This document shows, one piece after another, positions 18,417 to 27,967 of a stretch of 64,000 bases of DNA (positions are counted from its first letter, which is position 1; each line of letters opens with the position of its first letter). The DNA is from Vicinamibacterales bacterium. Lineage in GTDB: Bacteria > Acidobacteriota > Vicinamibacteria > Vicinamibacterales > UBA8438. The translations under genes and the position numbers were made by a program. A model generated the notes under the pieces. The model was not told where the DNA came from, ran no database searches, and saw only the letters and a program-made list of their open reading frames with translations. The stretch spans positions 417,810 to 481,809 of the forward strand of contig CBDBKJ010000004.1 of assembly GCA_965206705.1 (NCBI GenBank). The letters run 5' to 3'.

Positions 18417-19519
18417 ACCGCTCGCGCACGAACGGAGGTCTGGGCCGCCAGGCCCGACTGTGGATCACGGCCAGCAGCCTCGCCGGTCTCGCCGTCGGCC
18501 TCGGCTCGAGCGTGTTCCTGGGCGACGGCGTCGAGCGTCCCATCCTCGTGATCTCCGTGCTCTTCGCCAACGTGGTCGGCCTCACCGCGATGGTCGGCTC
18601 GGTCTGGCTGTTCCCGCGGCTGCGGGGTCGCTCGGGCCTGCTCCGGTTCCCCCTGCTCGTCCTCGCGCTGCTGTCGGGGGCGGTCCTCGGCAGCGTGGCG
18701 GTGCTCGGCGCCTATCCGCTGTTCGTCTTCCGCGAGCCCCGGCTCGCGGTCGCGGTGGTCGCTCTCAACAGCGTCCTCGCCCTGGTGGTCGGAGGGGTCG
18801 TGCTCGGCTACGAGGAGATGCGGCTGCGGCTGCAGGACGCCCTGCGCGAGATGCGGGAGGTTCGGCTGGTCGAGGCTCGGCTGCGCGAGGAGGCCGCGCG
18901 GGCCGAGCTGGCCGCGCTGCAGGCGCGCATCAACCCGCATTTCTTCTTCAACACCCTCAACACCATCGCGTCCCTGCTGGAAGAGGACGCGCGCCAGGCC
19001 GAGGAGTTGCTGGAGACCTTCGCGCAGCTGTTCCGCTATGCGTTCGACGCCGCCGACGCCGCCCCTGTCCCTCTCCGCGACGAGATCGCCTTCACACGGG
19101 GCTACCTGCGGATCGAGCACGCCCGTTTCGGCGATCGGTTGCGGGTGAGCTGGGACGTCGATCCGGCGTCGCTGGCGCTGCCCGTGCCCGGCCTGATCCT
19201 CCAGCCCCTGATCGAGAACGCGGTGGGACACGGGCTCGCGCCGCGGGCGCGGGGAGGAAGCATCGCCATCTCGACCGCCCTCGACGAAGGGGCGCTGCGC
19301 ATCGACGTCGTCGACGACGGGGTGGGACTCTCCGCCCCGGGAGAGCGCCTGATCCGCAACGGCCACGGGCTGGGCAACATCGCCCGCCGGCTCCAGACCG
19401 CGTACGGCGGCCGCGCGGTCATCGCGCTCGCCGCCGCCCCCGGGGGCGCGGGCGCCCGCGCCCGACTCGTTCTGCCGGGCGAACCGGCTCTCTCCGGTCG
19501 CGCGGAGGCCGCGCCATGA
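18413..19519 (+). CDS. sensor histidine kinase, LytS/YehU-type (His_kinase PF06580-like plus HATPase)
   Basis: GTG at 18413 overlaps the upstream stop (GTGA). Has about 5 TM helices, a coiled linker, INPHFFFNTLNTIASL, then LILQPLIENAVGHG and DDGVG. Confidence 0.8.
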   Translation: MNRSRTNGGLGRQARLWITASSLAGLAVGLGSSVFLGDGVERPILVISVLFANVVGLTAMVGSVWLFPRLRGRSGLLRFPLLVLALLSGAVLGSVAVLGAYPLFVFREPRLAVAVVALNSVLALVVGGVVLGYEEMRLRLQDALREMREVRLVEARLREEAARAELAALQARINPHFFFNTLNTIASLLEEDARQAEELLETFAQLFRYAFDAADAAPVPLRDEIAFTRGYLRIEHARFGDRLRVSWDVDPASLALPVPGLILQPLIENAVGHGLAPRARGGSIAISTALDEGALRIDVVDDGVGLSAPGERLIRNGHGLGNIARRLQTAYGGRAVIALAAAPGGAGARARLVLPGEPALSGRAEAAP

Positions 19520-20280
19520 GGCATCGCTGCGCCGTCGTCGACGACGAGAAGCCGGCCCGCGACCGGTTGAAGCGGCTGCTCGCCGTACATCCGGACTTCG
19601 AGCTGGCGGGCGAGGCCGCCGACGCCGGGACCGCGGTCCGGTTGATCGACGAGACCACGCCGGACCTGTGCTTCCTCGACGTGCAGATGCCCGAGGGCAC
19701 CGGCTTCGACGTCCTGCAGCGGGTCAGTCACGTCCCGCACGTCATCTTCGTCACCGCCTACGACCGCTACGCGGTGCCCGCGTTCGAGGTGCGGTCGATC
19801 GACTACCTCCTGAAGCCGGTCGGCCGGGAGCGGTTCGCCCTGGCCCTCGACCGCGCCCGCGAACGGATCGAAGCCGCCCTCTCGAGCCGGCGAATCCTCG
19901 ACGAGATCGAGGCGCTGCGACAGGTGGTCGGCGGCGGTGCGGCCGCATCGCCCCAGCTGGACCGCGTCAGCGTCCGGCGCGGGTCGGGGGTTCTCCTGCT
20001 CGACCCCGACGAGATCGTCTGGTTCGAGGCGGACGAGACGCTGGTCTTCGCGAGGACCGCCACGGGGCGGTTCCTCGTCGACCGCAGCCTGTCCGATCTC
20101 GAAGCGCAGCTCCGGGGCCGGTTCTTTCGGGCGCACCGGAGCTGCCTCGTCAACCTCGGACGGATCGTCGAGGTCCGGCCGGCCGATGCGGGCGCCTGGA
20201 CGATCGTGTGTCCCGGCGCGGGCACGGTGCCCCTGTCCCGCCGGCAGGCCCGGCGGTTGCGCGAAATCTTCCCGTGGTGA
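19516..20280 (+). CDS. LytR/AlgR-family response regulator (REC plus LytTR DNA-binding domain)
   Basis: ATG at 19516 overlaps the kinase stop (ATGA). VVDDEKPARDRL..DLCFLDVQMPEGTGFD..YLLKP is followed by LytTR sequence (..VWFEADETLVFART..FFRAHRSCLVNL). Confidence 0.85.
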   Translation: MRHRCAVVDDEKPARDRLKRLLAVHPDFELAGEAADAGTAVRLIDETTPDLCFLDVQMPEGTGFDVLQRVSHVPHVIFVTAYDRYAVPAFEVRSIDYLLKPVGRERFALALDRARERIEAALSSRRILDEIEALRQVVGGGAAASPQLDRVSVRRGSGVLLLDPDEIVWFEADETLVFARTATGRFLVDRSLSDLEAQLRGRFFRAHRSCLVNLGRIVEVRPADAGAWTIVCPGAGTVPLSRRQARRLREIFPW

Positions 20281-20594
20281 GCCGGGCGGTCCGCGGCAGA
20301 ACCCGCGTCGCACCGCGGCCCGCGGGCCGCGGGCCGCGGCGGCTGAAGGGCGCCCGTGCGACTCGGGCGTGACGAGAGAGCATATCGGGTCTGGGGTGAC
20401 CGCGAAGCAACCGCGGGCACAATGCAGTCAGGCGGGGCGCACCGCCCGATCGACTCCGGCGGAGCCTCTCGCCACCGGCCGCCAACCGGCCATCGGCGGT
20501 TCCCGACCGCTGGCGCGCCCCGGACGACCGCCGATCGCAATCGGGTTGCTTCCGGCGGCGCAGAGACGACACCATCCCGACAGGAGGACGACAC

Positions 20595-21728
20595 ATGGCT
20601 CGAATGGCATCGATGGGGTTGCTTCTGACCGCGGCTTTCGCGGCGGCGCCGGCGCCGGCCGGCGCGCAGGAGACCGAGGCGGGCGCGGTGGTGACCATCC
20701 CGAGCGGCGAGGTCCGCGAGGGCGACTTCTACACCGTGGGCGAGGCGGTCCGCGTCAGCGGGCGGTTGGCCGGAGACCTGGTGGCGGCGGCCCAGCGCGT
20801 GTTCGTGGACGGGCAGGTCGACGGGGATCTCTTCGCGGCGGGCCGGGTTATCGATCTGCGCGGCCCCGTAGGAGACTCCACGCGGATAGCCGGGGATCAG
20901 ATGATCGTGAATGCCACGATCGACGGCGATCTGATCGCGGCGGGCAACCAGCTGCAGTTGCTCGACGGCGCCGTAATTCGGGGAGGAGTCGCGGCCGCCG
21001 GCAGCAACGTGGAGATTGAGGGGACGGTCGAGGAAGACCTTCGCGTGGCGGCGGGGCAGATCGTCATCCGCGGCACGGTGCTCGGCGATGCGAACGTCAT
21101 CACCGACCGTCTCGAACTGGGCCCCGGCGCGCGCATCGACGGCGACCTCGACTACCGCGCGCGCATCCCCCTGACTCCGGAAGCGGCGGCCCGGGTGGCG
21201 GGGACGGTGCGCTACGAGGAGCCGGCCGACGAGGACGATTCCGACGGCAGCGCGGCGGGAAGCGTTCTCTTCTGGAGTTGGCAGGCCGGCGCCGCGCTGC
21301 TGGCGGGCATGCTGGCGGTCGCGCTGTTCCGGCGCATCGTGCAGCAGCTGGTCGCGGCCATCGCGGGAGAGACCACCCTCGGCGCGCTGCTCGGGTTCGG
21401 CGCGTTCCTGATCGTCCCCGTCGCGGCCGTCGTCGTGATGGTGACCGTGGTGGGACTGCCGATCGGCATCATCGTCGGGCTCCTGTTCGGCGTGGCCCTG
21501 TACGTGGCCAAGCTCCCGATCGCGGTCTGGGCCGGGGGGCGGCTGCTCGCCCGCGCCGGCCGCCCCGGCGCCTCGCCGTACGCGGCGATGGCCGTCGGCG
21601 TCCTGGCGCTGTATCTGCTGTTCGAGATCCCCTGGCTCGGGGGGCTGTTCTGGCTCGCGGCCACGTGGCTGGGCCTCGGCGCGATGGTCCTGTCCGGCCG
21701 CCGGTATCTGACCGCAAACGCCGGTTAG
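20595..21728 (+). CDS. bactofilin-repeat (polymer-forming cytoskeletal-like) protein with a signal peptide and a C-terminal multi-TM domain
   Basis: The N-terminal signal is followed by repeated V.G.V.GDL beta-helix units (GRLAGDLVAA.., GQVDGDLFAA.., ATIDGDLIAA.., GTVEEDLRVA..) and 4-5 hydrophobic helices in the last 150 aa. Confidence 0.65.
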   Translation: MARMASMGLLLTAAFAAAPAPAGAQETEAGAVVTIPSGEVREGDFYTVGEAVRVSGRLAGDLVAAAQRVFVDGQVDGDLFAAGRVIDLRGPVGDSTRIAGDQMIVNATIDGDLIAAGNQLQLLDGAVIRGGVAAAGSNVEIEGTVEEDLRVAAGQIVIRGTVLGDANVITDRLELGPGARIDGDLDYRARIPLTPEAAARVAGTVRYEEPADEDDSDGSAAGSVLFWSWQAGAALLAGMLAVALFRRIVQQLVAAIAGETTLGALLGFGAFLIVPVAAVVVMVTVVGLPIGIIVGLLFGVALYVAKLPIAVWAGGRLLARAGRPGASPYAAMAVGVLALYLLFEIPWLGGLFWLAATWLGLGAMVLSGRRYLTANAG

Positions 21729-21880
21729 GACGGTGATCGATCGTCCGACTGGTGTCCCGGGGGGAAGCTCTCTTCGCGCTGGTTTCCTGCCTTGAGTCGA
21801 CCGATGTTGCGGCCGTCAGACGGACGTCACCCGTGGAAACCCCGTGGCGGCGTGCGCGCGCCCCGCCAACGACCGACTAG

Positions 21881-21988
21881 CTAGTGGACCGTCCTGCATG
21901 AAAGCTGTCCATGCCGCTACCCCATTTCTTCAGCAATTGCGGGTGCGCGGCGCCGGCCGGACGGAAAAGCTCGTTCCAGAACAGTCAA
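21881..21988 (+). mobile_element. MITE-like 108-bp unit 1, starting at a CTAG
   Basis: Imperfect terminal inverted repeats: ctagtggaccgtcctgc versus the reverse complement of its end, ctagttgactgttctgg (13 of 17). About 92% identical to unit 2. Confidence 0.55.
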
Positions 21989-22096
21989 CTAGTGGACCGT
22001 CCTGCATGAAAGCCGTCCAACCCGCTACCCCGTCTCTTCAGCAATTGCGGGTGCGCGTCGGCGGCCGGACGGAAAAGCTTGTTCCAGGACAGTCAA
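21989..22096 (+). mobile_element. MITE-like 108-bp unit 2, in tandem with unit 1
   Basis: ctagtggaccgtcctgc ... ggacagtcaa (TIR 15 of 17). It is followed directly by the CTAG that flanks IS copy A. Confidence 0.55.
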
Positions 22097-23829
22097 CTAG
22101 CCCGGATTTCTCACAGCTCGTCGAGATCGGGCCTGATGCGGCGCGGCTGGGGTTCCGGGCGGCCATATCGGACGCCGGCGGTGGTCTGGATGTGGGCGAC
22201 GACGTGCGCGTGGCGCCAAAATCGGCCCGGTTAGCACACCACACGCGAAAGGACCCCGTGTCCCCCTGCAGTCGTGAACGTATGCCGCCACCTGGCCGAC
22301 CGTCAGGCCGGGTCGGGCGGCGAGCGCAAACGTTGAGCGGCCATGATGAACAGATCGGCGTCGGGCGCCAGCTCGGACAGCGCCACCCAGATGCACCGCA
22401 CGGTGACGCGGACGTGGGCGCCGATCTTGAGCAGCCGCAGCCGTAGCGTATCGCATTGGGCGCGGGCGAGCCGGGTGCCCGCCAGCCCCCGGTCGCGGAG
22501 CTGCTGGAGCAGGACATAGGCCAACGTGGCCCAGTACAGGCGCAGTTGGTTGGCGCGCAGCGTCGCACTGCTGGTCCGGTCGGCAAACAGCGCCAGTTGC
22601 TGTTCCTTGATGCGGTTCTCCATGTCCCCGCGGGCACAGTAGAAATCCTCATACAACGCCTGCGCCGCCAAGGTGTCCGGCGGCAGCGATGTCACCACGA
22701 AGCGTGGATTGGCGCCCGCGGGCAGATGCTCGGCCTTGCCGACCACCCGGCGCTCCCGGCTCCAGCTCTTGCGCGTGCGATAGCGGAAGTCCGCAAACAC
22801 CCGCGCGGCCACCCCGGTTTCCTCGCACTGCGCCTGGGCCTGCGCCAGTTCGGGCGCGATTTGTTCCTTCAACCGAACGTTCTTCGCCAAGCCGATGACG
22901 TAGTCCACCGCATGCTCTTCGCACCAGTTCAGCAGCTCGTCTCGGCAGAACCCCGAGTCCCCCCGAACCACGATGGGGACCGACGGCCATGCCTGCCGCA
23001 CCCGCTCCACAATCCGCGCCAACTCGTCCACCACGCCCGCCGCCCCGTCGATGTTCGAGGGCCGCAACCGCGAGCAGAGCACATGCGCCCCGCAGAAGAT
23101 ATACAGAGGCAGATAGCAGTAGTTCCCGTAGTACCCGTGGAAGAACCGTCCTTCCTGCTGACCGTGCAGCGGATCGTCCGTCGCATCGACATCCAGCACG
23201 ATGCGCGCCGGCGGCGTCGGGTGCGACTCGATGAACACGTCTACCAGCAGGGCGTCGAGCGCCGCTTCGTCATAGGTCACCTTCTTGTACCGGTCAGCCT
23301 CGGCGTCCTTCGGCCCGACCAGTTCCAGCCGGTTCAGCGTGCTCTTCCCCGCCAGCGCGGCCCCCCGGTCTGACGGCCGCACCCGGTTCTCGCCCGTCGG
23401 GTCCGCCTTGCCCACGACAGCCGCCAACAGCGGGTCCCGCCGCAGGGTGTCATGGTCGTTCAGATCTTCGTAGCCCAACGCGACGGCCATCACACGCTGG
23501 GTCACCAAGTCCTCGACCGTGTGTTCGATCAAGCTTGGGTCCCGGTAGTCCTGGAAGCACTGCGCCGCGCGTCGGCACACGTCGGTGCACCTTTCAACCG
23601 CCCGCAGCAGCAATGCCCCGGCATTGGAAGTGATCGTTCCGCCCTCGAAGCTGGCGACCAGCCGACGACGACCGACCCGAGGAAACTCCAGCTGGATTGG
23701 TGGCTTACTTCGCGTACACTGTGTCGACAAGGGGCTGCCTCCGTGCATGGCTTGAAGTTATTGCCACAACAACACTTTACGCCATTACGGGCAGTCTCTT
23801 GTTCACCACCGGTGAGAAATCCGGGCTAG
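22097..23829 (-). mobile_element. IS1380-family insertion sequence, copy A (IS proper 22101..23825, flanked by CTAG direct repeats)
   Basis: Perfect terminal IRs cccggatttctcac / gtgagaaatccggg, with CTAG at 22097-22100 and 23826-23829. It is identical to copy B except for one substitution (t at about 22232 versus a at about 51131). Confidence 0.9.
22303..23748 (-). CDS. IS1380-family DDE transposase
   Basis: 481 aa. GGTITSNAGALLLRAVE.., FFHGYYGNYCYLPLYIF, ..VRGDSGFCRDELLNWCE.. are typical of IS1380-family transposases. Confidence 0.9.
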   Translation of the reverse strand: MHGGSPLSTQCTRSKPPIQLEFPRVGRRRLVASFEGGTITSNAGALLLRAVERCTDVCRRAAQCFQDYRDPSLIEHTVEDLVTQRVMAVALGYEDLNDHDTLRRDPLLAAVVGKADPTGENRVRPSDRGAALAGKSTLNRLELVGPKDAEADRYKKVTYDEAALDALLVDVFIESHPTPPARIVLDVDATDDPLHGQQEGRFFHGYYGNYCYLPLYIFCGAHVLCSRLRPSNIDGAAGVVDELARIVERVRQAWPSVPIVVRGDSGFCRDELLNWCEEHAVDYVIGLAKNVRLKEQIAPELAQAQAQCEETGVAARVFADFRYRTRKSWSRERRVVGKAEHLPAGANPRFVVTSLPPDTLAAQALYEDFYCARGDMENRIKEQQLALFADRTSSATLRANQLRLYWATLAYVLLQQLRDRGLAGTRLARAQCDTLRLRLLKIGAHVRVTVRCIWVALSELAPDADLFIMAAQRLRSPPDPA

Positions 23830-25258
23830 ACGGCGAGGCCGGGCAGCGGGCCGCTGACGTCGATGAAGTCGCCGCGCTGCCCGCGCGCGTGCTTCAGGCC
23901 GACTTGGTCGACGTCCAGCCCCATCGCGCCGGCGACGCTCACCAGCATGTGCTGGTGGGGGAGGCCCGAGAACCGCGTGGCGCCGCCCGTCAGGACCTGG
24001 GACGGCACGCGCATCTCCGCCGGCGTCTCGTGCGGCCAGTACAAGTAGCGCCCGGTCCTGAGATAGCAGTAGTTCCCGTAGTACCCGTGAACGCCCAGGC
24101 GCCGCCGATGAGCACCGGACAGTAGTGACAGTATCCGTGCCACCCGTCGCCGAGCTCCGAGCCCCAGACGATGAGGGTGTTGTCCATGACCGACTGTCCG
24201 CCGGCGTCCGGAATCGCCTCGAGGGTGCTCACGAGGCGTGCGACCTGGCTGGCGTGACGGCGGACGTAGTCGCTCATCGCGCCGTACTTGGCCGGGTCCT
24301 CGTGGATGTAGTGCGCGATGCCCTTGTGCACCTTGTCGCTGATGTGGTCGGCGCCGAACTCCGCCGTGGGCATCTCGCCGAGCGACAGCGAGACCACCCG
24401 GGTGATGTCGCAGCTGAATGCGGCCGCGATGACGTCGGTGAAGGCGTCGAACCGCAGGTCGTACCGCTCGAACTCCGCCGCGGGGCGCGCCGGGGCCTCG
24501 CAAGCGAGGGTGGCGAGGCTCTCCAGCCGATGACCCAACCGCTCGACCAGTCCGAAATGCGTCTCGAGCCGGGCGCGTTCGCCGGCCGTGAAACGGGGCG
24601 CCAGCTCTCGATACTCGCGATAGGCGAAGTCCAGCGTCGTGCGGCGGCGTCTGCCCACCGCGTCGCCGGACGAAGCCGGCCCGAAGACCCGGTTCCAGGC
24701 CCCCAGCGGCGACCGCTCGGCCGGCAGCCGCATGCCCCCCAGGCTGTAGCTGATGGGCCGGCCCGCCTCGAGGGCGGCGTCGAGCGACAGCTCGAGCGAG
24801 GGAAGCCGGTCGGCTCTCGCGATGCGCGCGGCGACGAGCTGATCGAGGGACGGCGATACGGCCCGCGTATCCCGCGCCGCGAAATCGGCGTTGTCGCCGG
24901 TCCAGGCGTGAATCCAGCCCCGGTCGTGGCGGTTGCCCCCGGTGTCGAGCTCGGCGGTGGCGAGCGACAACCCATCGAGCGCGAGCAGGCGCTGCCGGTG
25001 CGCGTGCAGCGGGGCGAGCGGCCGGCTGAGGTCACCCTCGGCGAGCGGGGCCAAGTCGAGCGTCCAGGGCCCGGCCGTGGACCGGCCGGGGGGCTGCATC
25101 CGCCAGGCCTCGTAGGGCCAGCCGTGGCAGTGGCTGATGACGACGAGGCGCCGCGGCGGCAAGGCGGCCGGGGCCAACGCCCGCAGCGCGGCATCGGGAA
25201 TCGCCGCGCCGAGGGCGGTGAGTCCCCCCAACTCCAACAGGTGTCGTCGCGAGATCAT
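23826..25258 (-). pseudogene. DUF1552-family protein gene, frameshifted by a 29-nt insertion
   Basis: Starts at ATG 25258 (MISRRHLLELGGLTALGAAIP) and reads to ..GDGWHGYCHYCPVLIGGAWAF. A 29-nt insert then shifts the frame. The C-terminus RTGRYLYWPHETP..FIDVSGPLPGLAV* continues in ORF 23826..24503. Confidence 0.8.
24061..24089. repeat. 29-nt segment identical to an internal part of the IS1380 transposase gene (23111-23139 and 52010-52038)
   Basis: agatagcagtagttcccgtagtacccgtg occurs at 24061-24089 and inside both IS copies, where it encodes HGYYGNYCYL. Removing it restores the DUF1552 frame (..AWAF-RTGRY..). Confidence 0.9.
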
Positions 25259-27101
25259 TCGTGCCCTCCCGGCGCGCCGCCCGGCCGCCGTCGGAAGAGG
25301 TCGCTGCCGACAATCGAGGCCAGCAACGTCTTGATGGAATCGTCGGCGCGGAAACCGGCCTGCAGCGCGTCGAGCCCGGGGGGCGCCGCGTCGAGCCGAT
25401 CGCCGAGGGCGTAGCGCGCCCAGTGCAGCACGTAACAGTCCCTCACCCGGCCGCTGGCCGCAAGCTGGCGCGCGAAGTCGACGCCGTCGGTGAACGTGAT
25501 CCGTTCCCCGCCGGCCAGCGCCAGCGATCCGCTCGCATCGACCGGCTGCCCGTTGTCGTGCGACCGCCACCGGCCGACAGCATCGTAGTGCTCGAACGCG
25601 AATCCCGGCGGGTTGATCGTCCGGTGGCAGGTGTTGCAGGTCCCCGGACGGGTGGCGGAGGCGGTGCGCTCGCGGTTGGTCCTCTCCGCGGCGAGGGTGT
25701 CGGGGGGCAGCGCCGTCTCCGCGCCCTGGACCGGCGTGCCGAGGTGCATGCAGGCGAGCCGCTCGAGCACCCGCACGCCGCGCAGGATGGGCCCCGGCTG
25801 CACCGCGTAGGCGCCGAGGGCGAGCACCGACGGCAGGGTCAGCACCCCCGCCCGCTCCTCGGAAGGGAAGCTCGCCGGATAGAGGGTCAGAGGCTTCCGT
25901 CGCCCGATCGAGGCCACCACGAGATCGATCGTCCGGGTCACCTCGGGGCCCTCGATGCGCTTCGCGTTCTCTCCGTAGATCGGCGCGGTGGCCTCCGACA
26001 TGTAGCCGTGGTGGTCGGTCATCAGGGCCGTGAACGTGCCGGCGCCGTCGAAGAGGGTCTGTTCGACGAACAGCTCGGTCTCGATCTTCGGCGAGTGGCG
26101 CACCGGCCCCATGATGGCCGGCCACTCCACGTCGTCGTCGCGCGCGGTGGCGAGGCGCGGCTCGACCCCGAACAGCGGCCCGAAGGCCCGGCGGCCGGCG
26201 CGACCAGCAGGACGTCGTCGGTGCCGAGCCACTGGTGGTGGAAGCGCACAAGGGCGGGGCGGGCCTTCGGGTCGTCGAGCATCCGGCGGGCCTGGGCCTC
26301 GATGCCGGCCCGGGTGGCGAGCTCGCCCGTTTCCGCGGCCGCGAACAGCGCCTCGTCGGGCATCGAGTCCCACAGGAAGTAGGAGAGGCGCGACGCCAGC
26401 TCCCACCGGCTCAGGGGCGCAGAGACGGCGCCGTCCGCCCCCCGGCGCGGGTCGATTCTGAAATGGAACGTGGGCGTCTGCAGAACCCCGGCCACCGTCA
26501 GCGCGACCGCCTCGTCGAGCCGTCCGGCCGCCGCATTGGCCTGCCAGAAGCGCTCGAGGCGGCGGATCTCCCCGGCGTCGAGAGGCCGGCGGTAGGCCCG
26601 CCGGGCGAAGCGCTCGAGGCTCGTCCACGCACAGTTCCTTTGCTCGGCGGCGGGCAGGGAGGTCCACGCCTCGCAGGCGAAAAACGCCGGCGAGACCAGG
26701 GCGAACGATGCGAAGTGCATCGCCGCGAGGTGCAGCTCTTCCACCTGGTAGGACGACGGCGCCTGCCCCTGCGCGATGCCCGCGAATCCGTTGGAGCCGG
26801 CCTCCGTCGGAAACCGCCAGGGCCAGACCGGCGGGGGCGGCGGCGCGAAGACGCCCTTGCTCGGCTCGCGCCGGGGACTGATGCGGTCGGCGAGGGCGGG
26901 ACGCGCCGGCCACTGGTCGCCGTCCCGGGGAAAGCCGAGCAGGTCCGCGATGGTGTTGTTGTACTCGGCCGGGGTCAGGGCCAAGGGGGCGGCCACGGGG
27001 GGAGCGCCCACGGCTGGGATCGTCTGGCCGGCGGCGGACCAGGATGCCGCGACCCCGGAAAGAACCGAGGCCAGCGTCGCCGCTGCGATTCGGTTTCTCA
27101 T
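25255..27101 (-). pseudogene. DUF1592/DUF1588/DUF1595-family protein gene (usual partner of DUF1552), with one frameshift
   Basis: ATG at 27101 (MRNRIAAATLASV..) reads to ..VRFHHQWLGTDDVLLV in ORF 26022..27608. Homology continues as ..RRAFGPLFGVEP..CNTCHRTINPPGFAFEHYD.. in ORF 25255..27198. The shift is near 26190-26205. The stop overlaps the DUF1552 start (ATGA). Confidence 0.75.
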
Positions 27102-27589
27102 GACGCGCGTTCTGCACTCGTCCGGAACGCCGGCGGCCCAGTGCGCGGCAGCTTCCGCGTCTCCGCTCCTTGAATCCGACCCGAGCGTTCCCGCGCATTT
27201 TGAACTTGGCCGCGCGGGCGTCAAAAAGGTTACCACGCGGCGTCGGGGCAACTCCCGCCCCTCCGCACGCAGGCGCGAGCCGAGGCGATTCGCGACCGCG
27301 TCGTGAGCCGGTTCTCGGTCGGTCTGCGCATTGCTGTCCGAGGGAGAGGGAAACGACCGGTCGGTCTCACTCTCGCTGCGTATCGAGAATAGCCGGCCCG
27401 TGTAATATGCAGCGCGACGCCTAGCTAGACCCGGCATCGACCACGCATCGCAGCCCCGGACGTCATGGAGTTGCGCCATCGTGGCGCGGCGTGACCTGGA
27501 CTCGCCATGAGGGAGGCTCGCCGAATGAGGACGGCGGGGGAGCACGGTCCGCCCCGGCCGGCGGCGGCAGTGGCGAGGACCCGCCGGCC

Positions 27590-27775
27590 CGCGCCGACGG
27601 TTCGACAATCGACATGATCATCTTCTACACGCCCGAGGCGAGGCGGCGTTCACGAGGCGATCTTTGCGGGTCTCTTCGGCCTGAAACGGCTGCTCCTCAG
27701 CGGCAACAACCTGACCACCCTGCCAGAAGGGCTCTTTGCCGGTCTCGATAACCCGCAAGCGCCTATTTTTCAGTG
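27590..27775 (+). pseudogene. mosaic of short gene fragments: a metalloprotease-like piece and a leucine-rich-repeat piece in different frames
   Basis: ..DGSTIDMIIFYTPEARR.. resembles the conserved start of reprolysin/M12B-like bacterial zinc proteases. FAGLFGLKRLLLSGNNLTTLPEGLFAGLDN is a canonical LRR unit. Neither lies in a complete ORF. Confidence 0.4.
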
Positions 27776-27967
27776 GATTAGAGGAGCGCCGGGTTCTTAC
27801 CACGGTCAACCTGGCCGTAGAGCATCGGGCGAAGCGGGTGTCGACCTCGGTCGCAATCTGCAGGAACAGGACTGCGGCCGGGGCGTTCAACGTCGGCCCC
27901 GACGACGGCCGCGCCCGGTCCTCACCCAGACCCTCACGATTGTTCGGGAACGGGCGAAAAGGGTGGG

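Noticed and set aside
21881-22096. Tandem repeats (also at 38746-38925 and 60835-60933) considered as possible CRISPR arrays.
   Set aside because: There are only 2-3 units, the units are contiguous without unique spacers, the unit sizes are 108, 98 and 33 bp, no cas genes are present, and each has a better explanation (MITE pair, gene 3'-end duplication, in-frame coding repeat).
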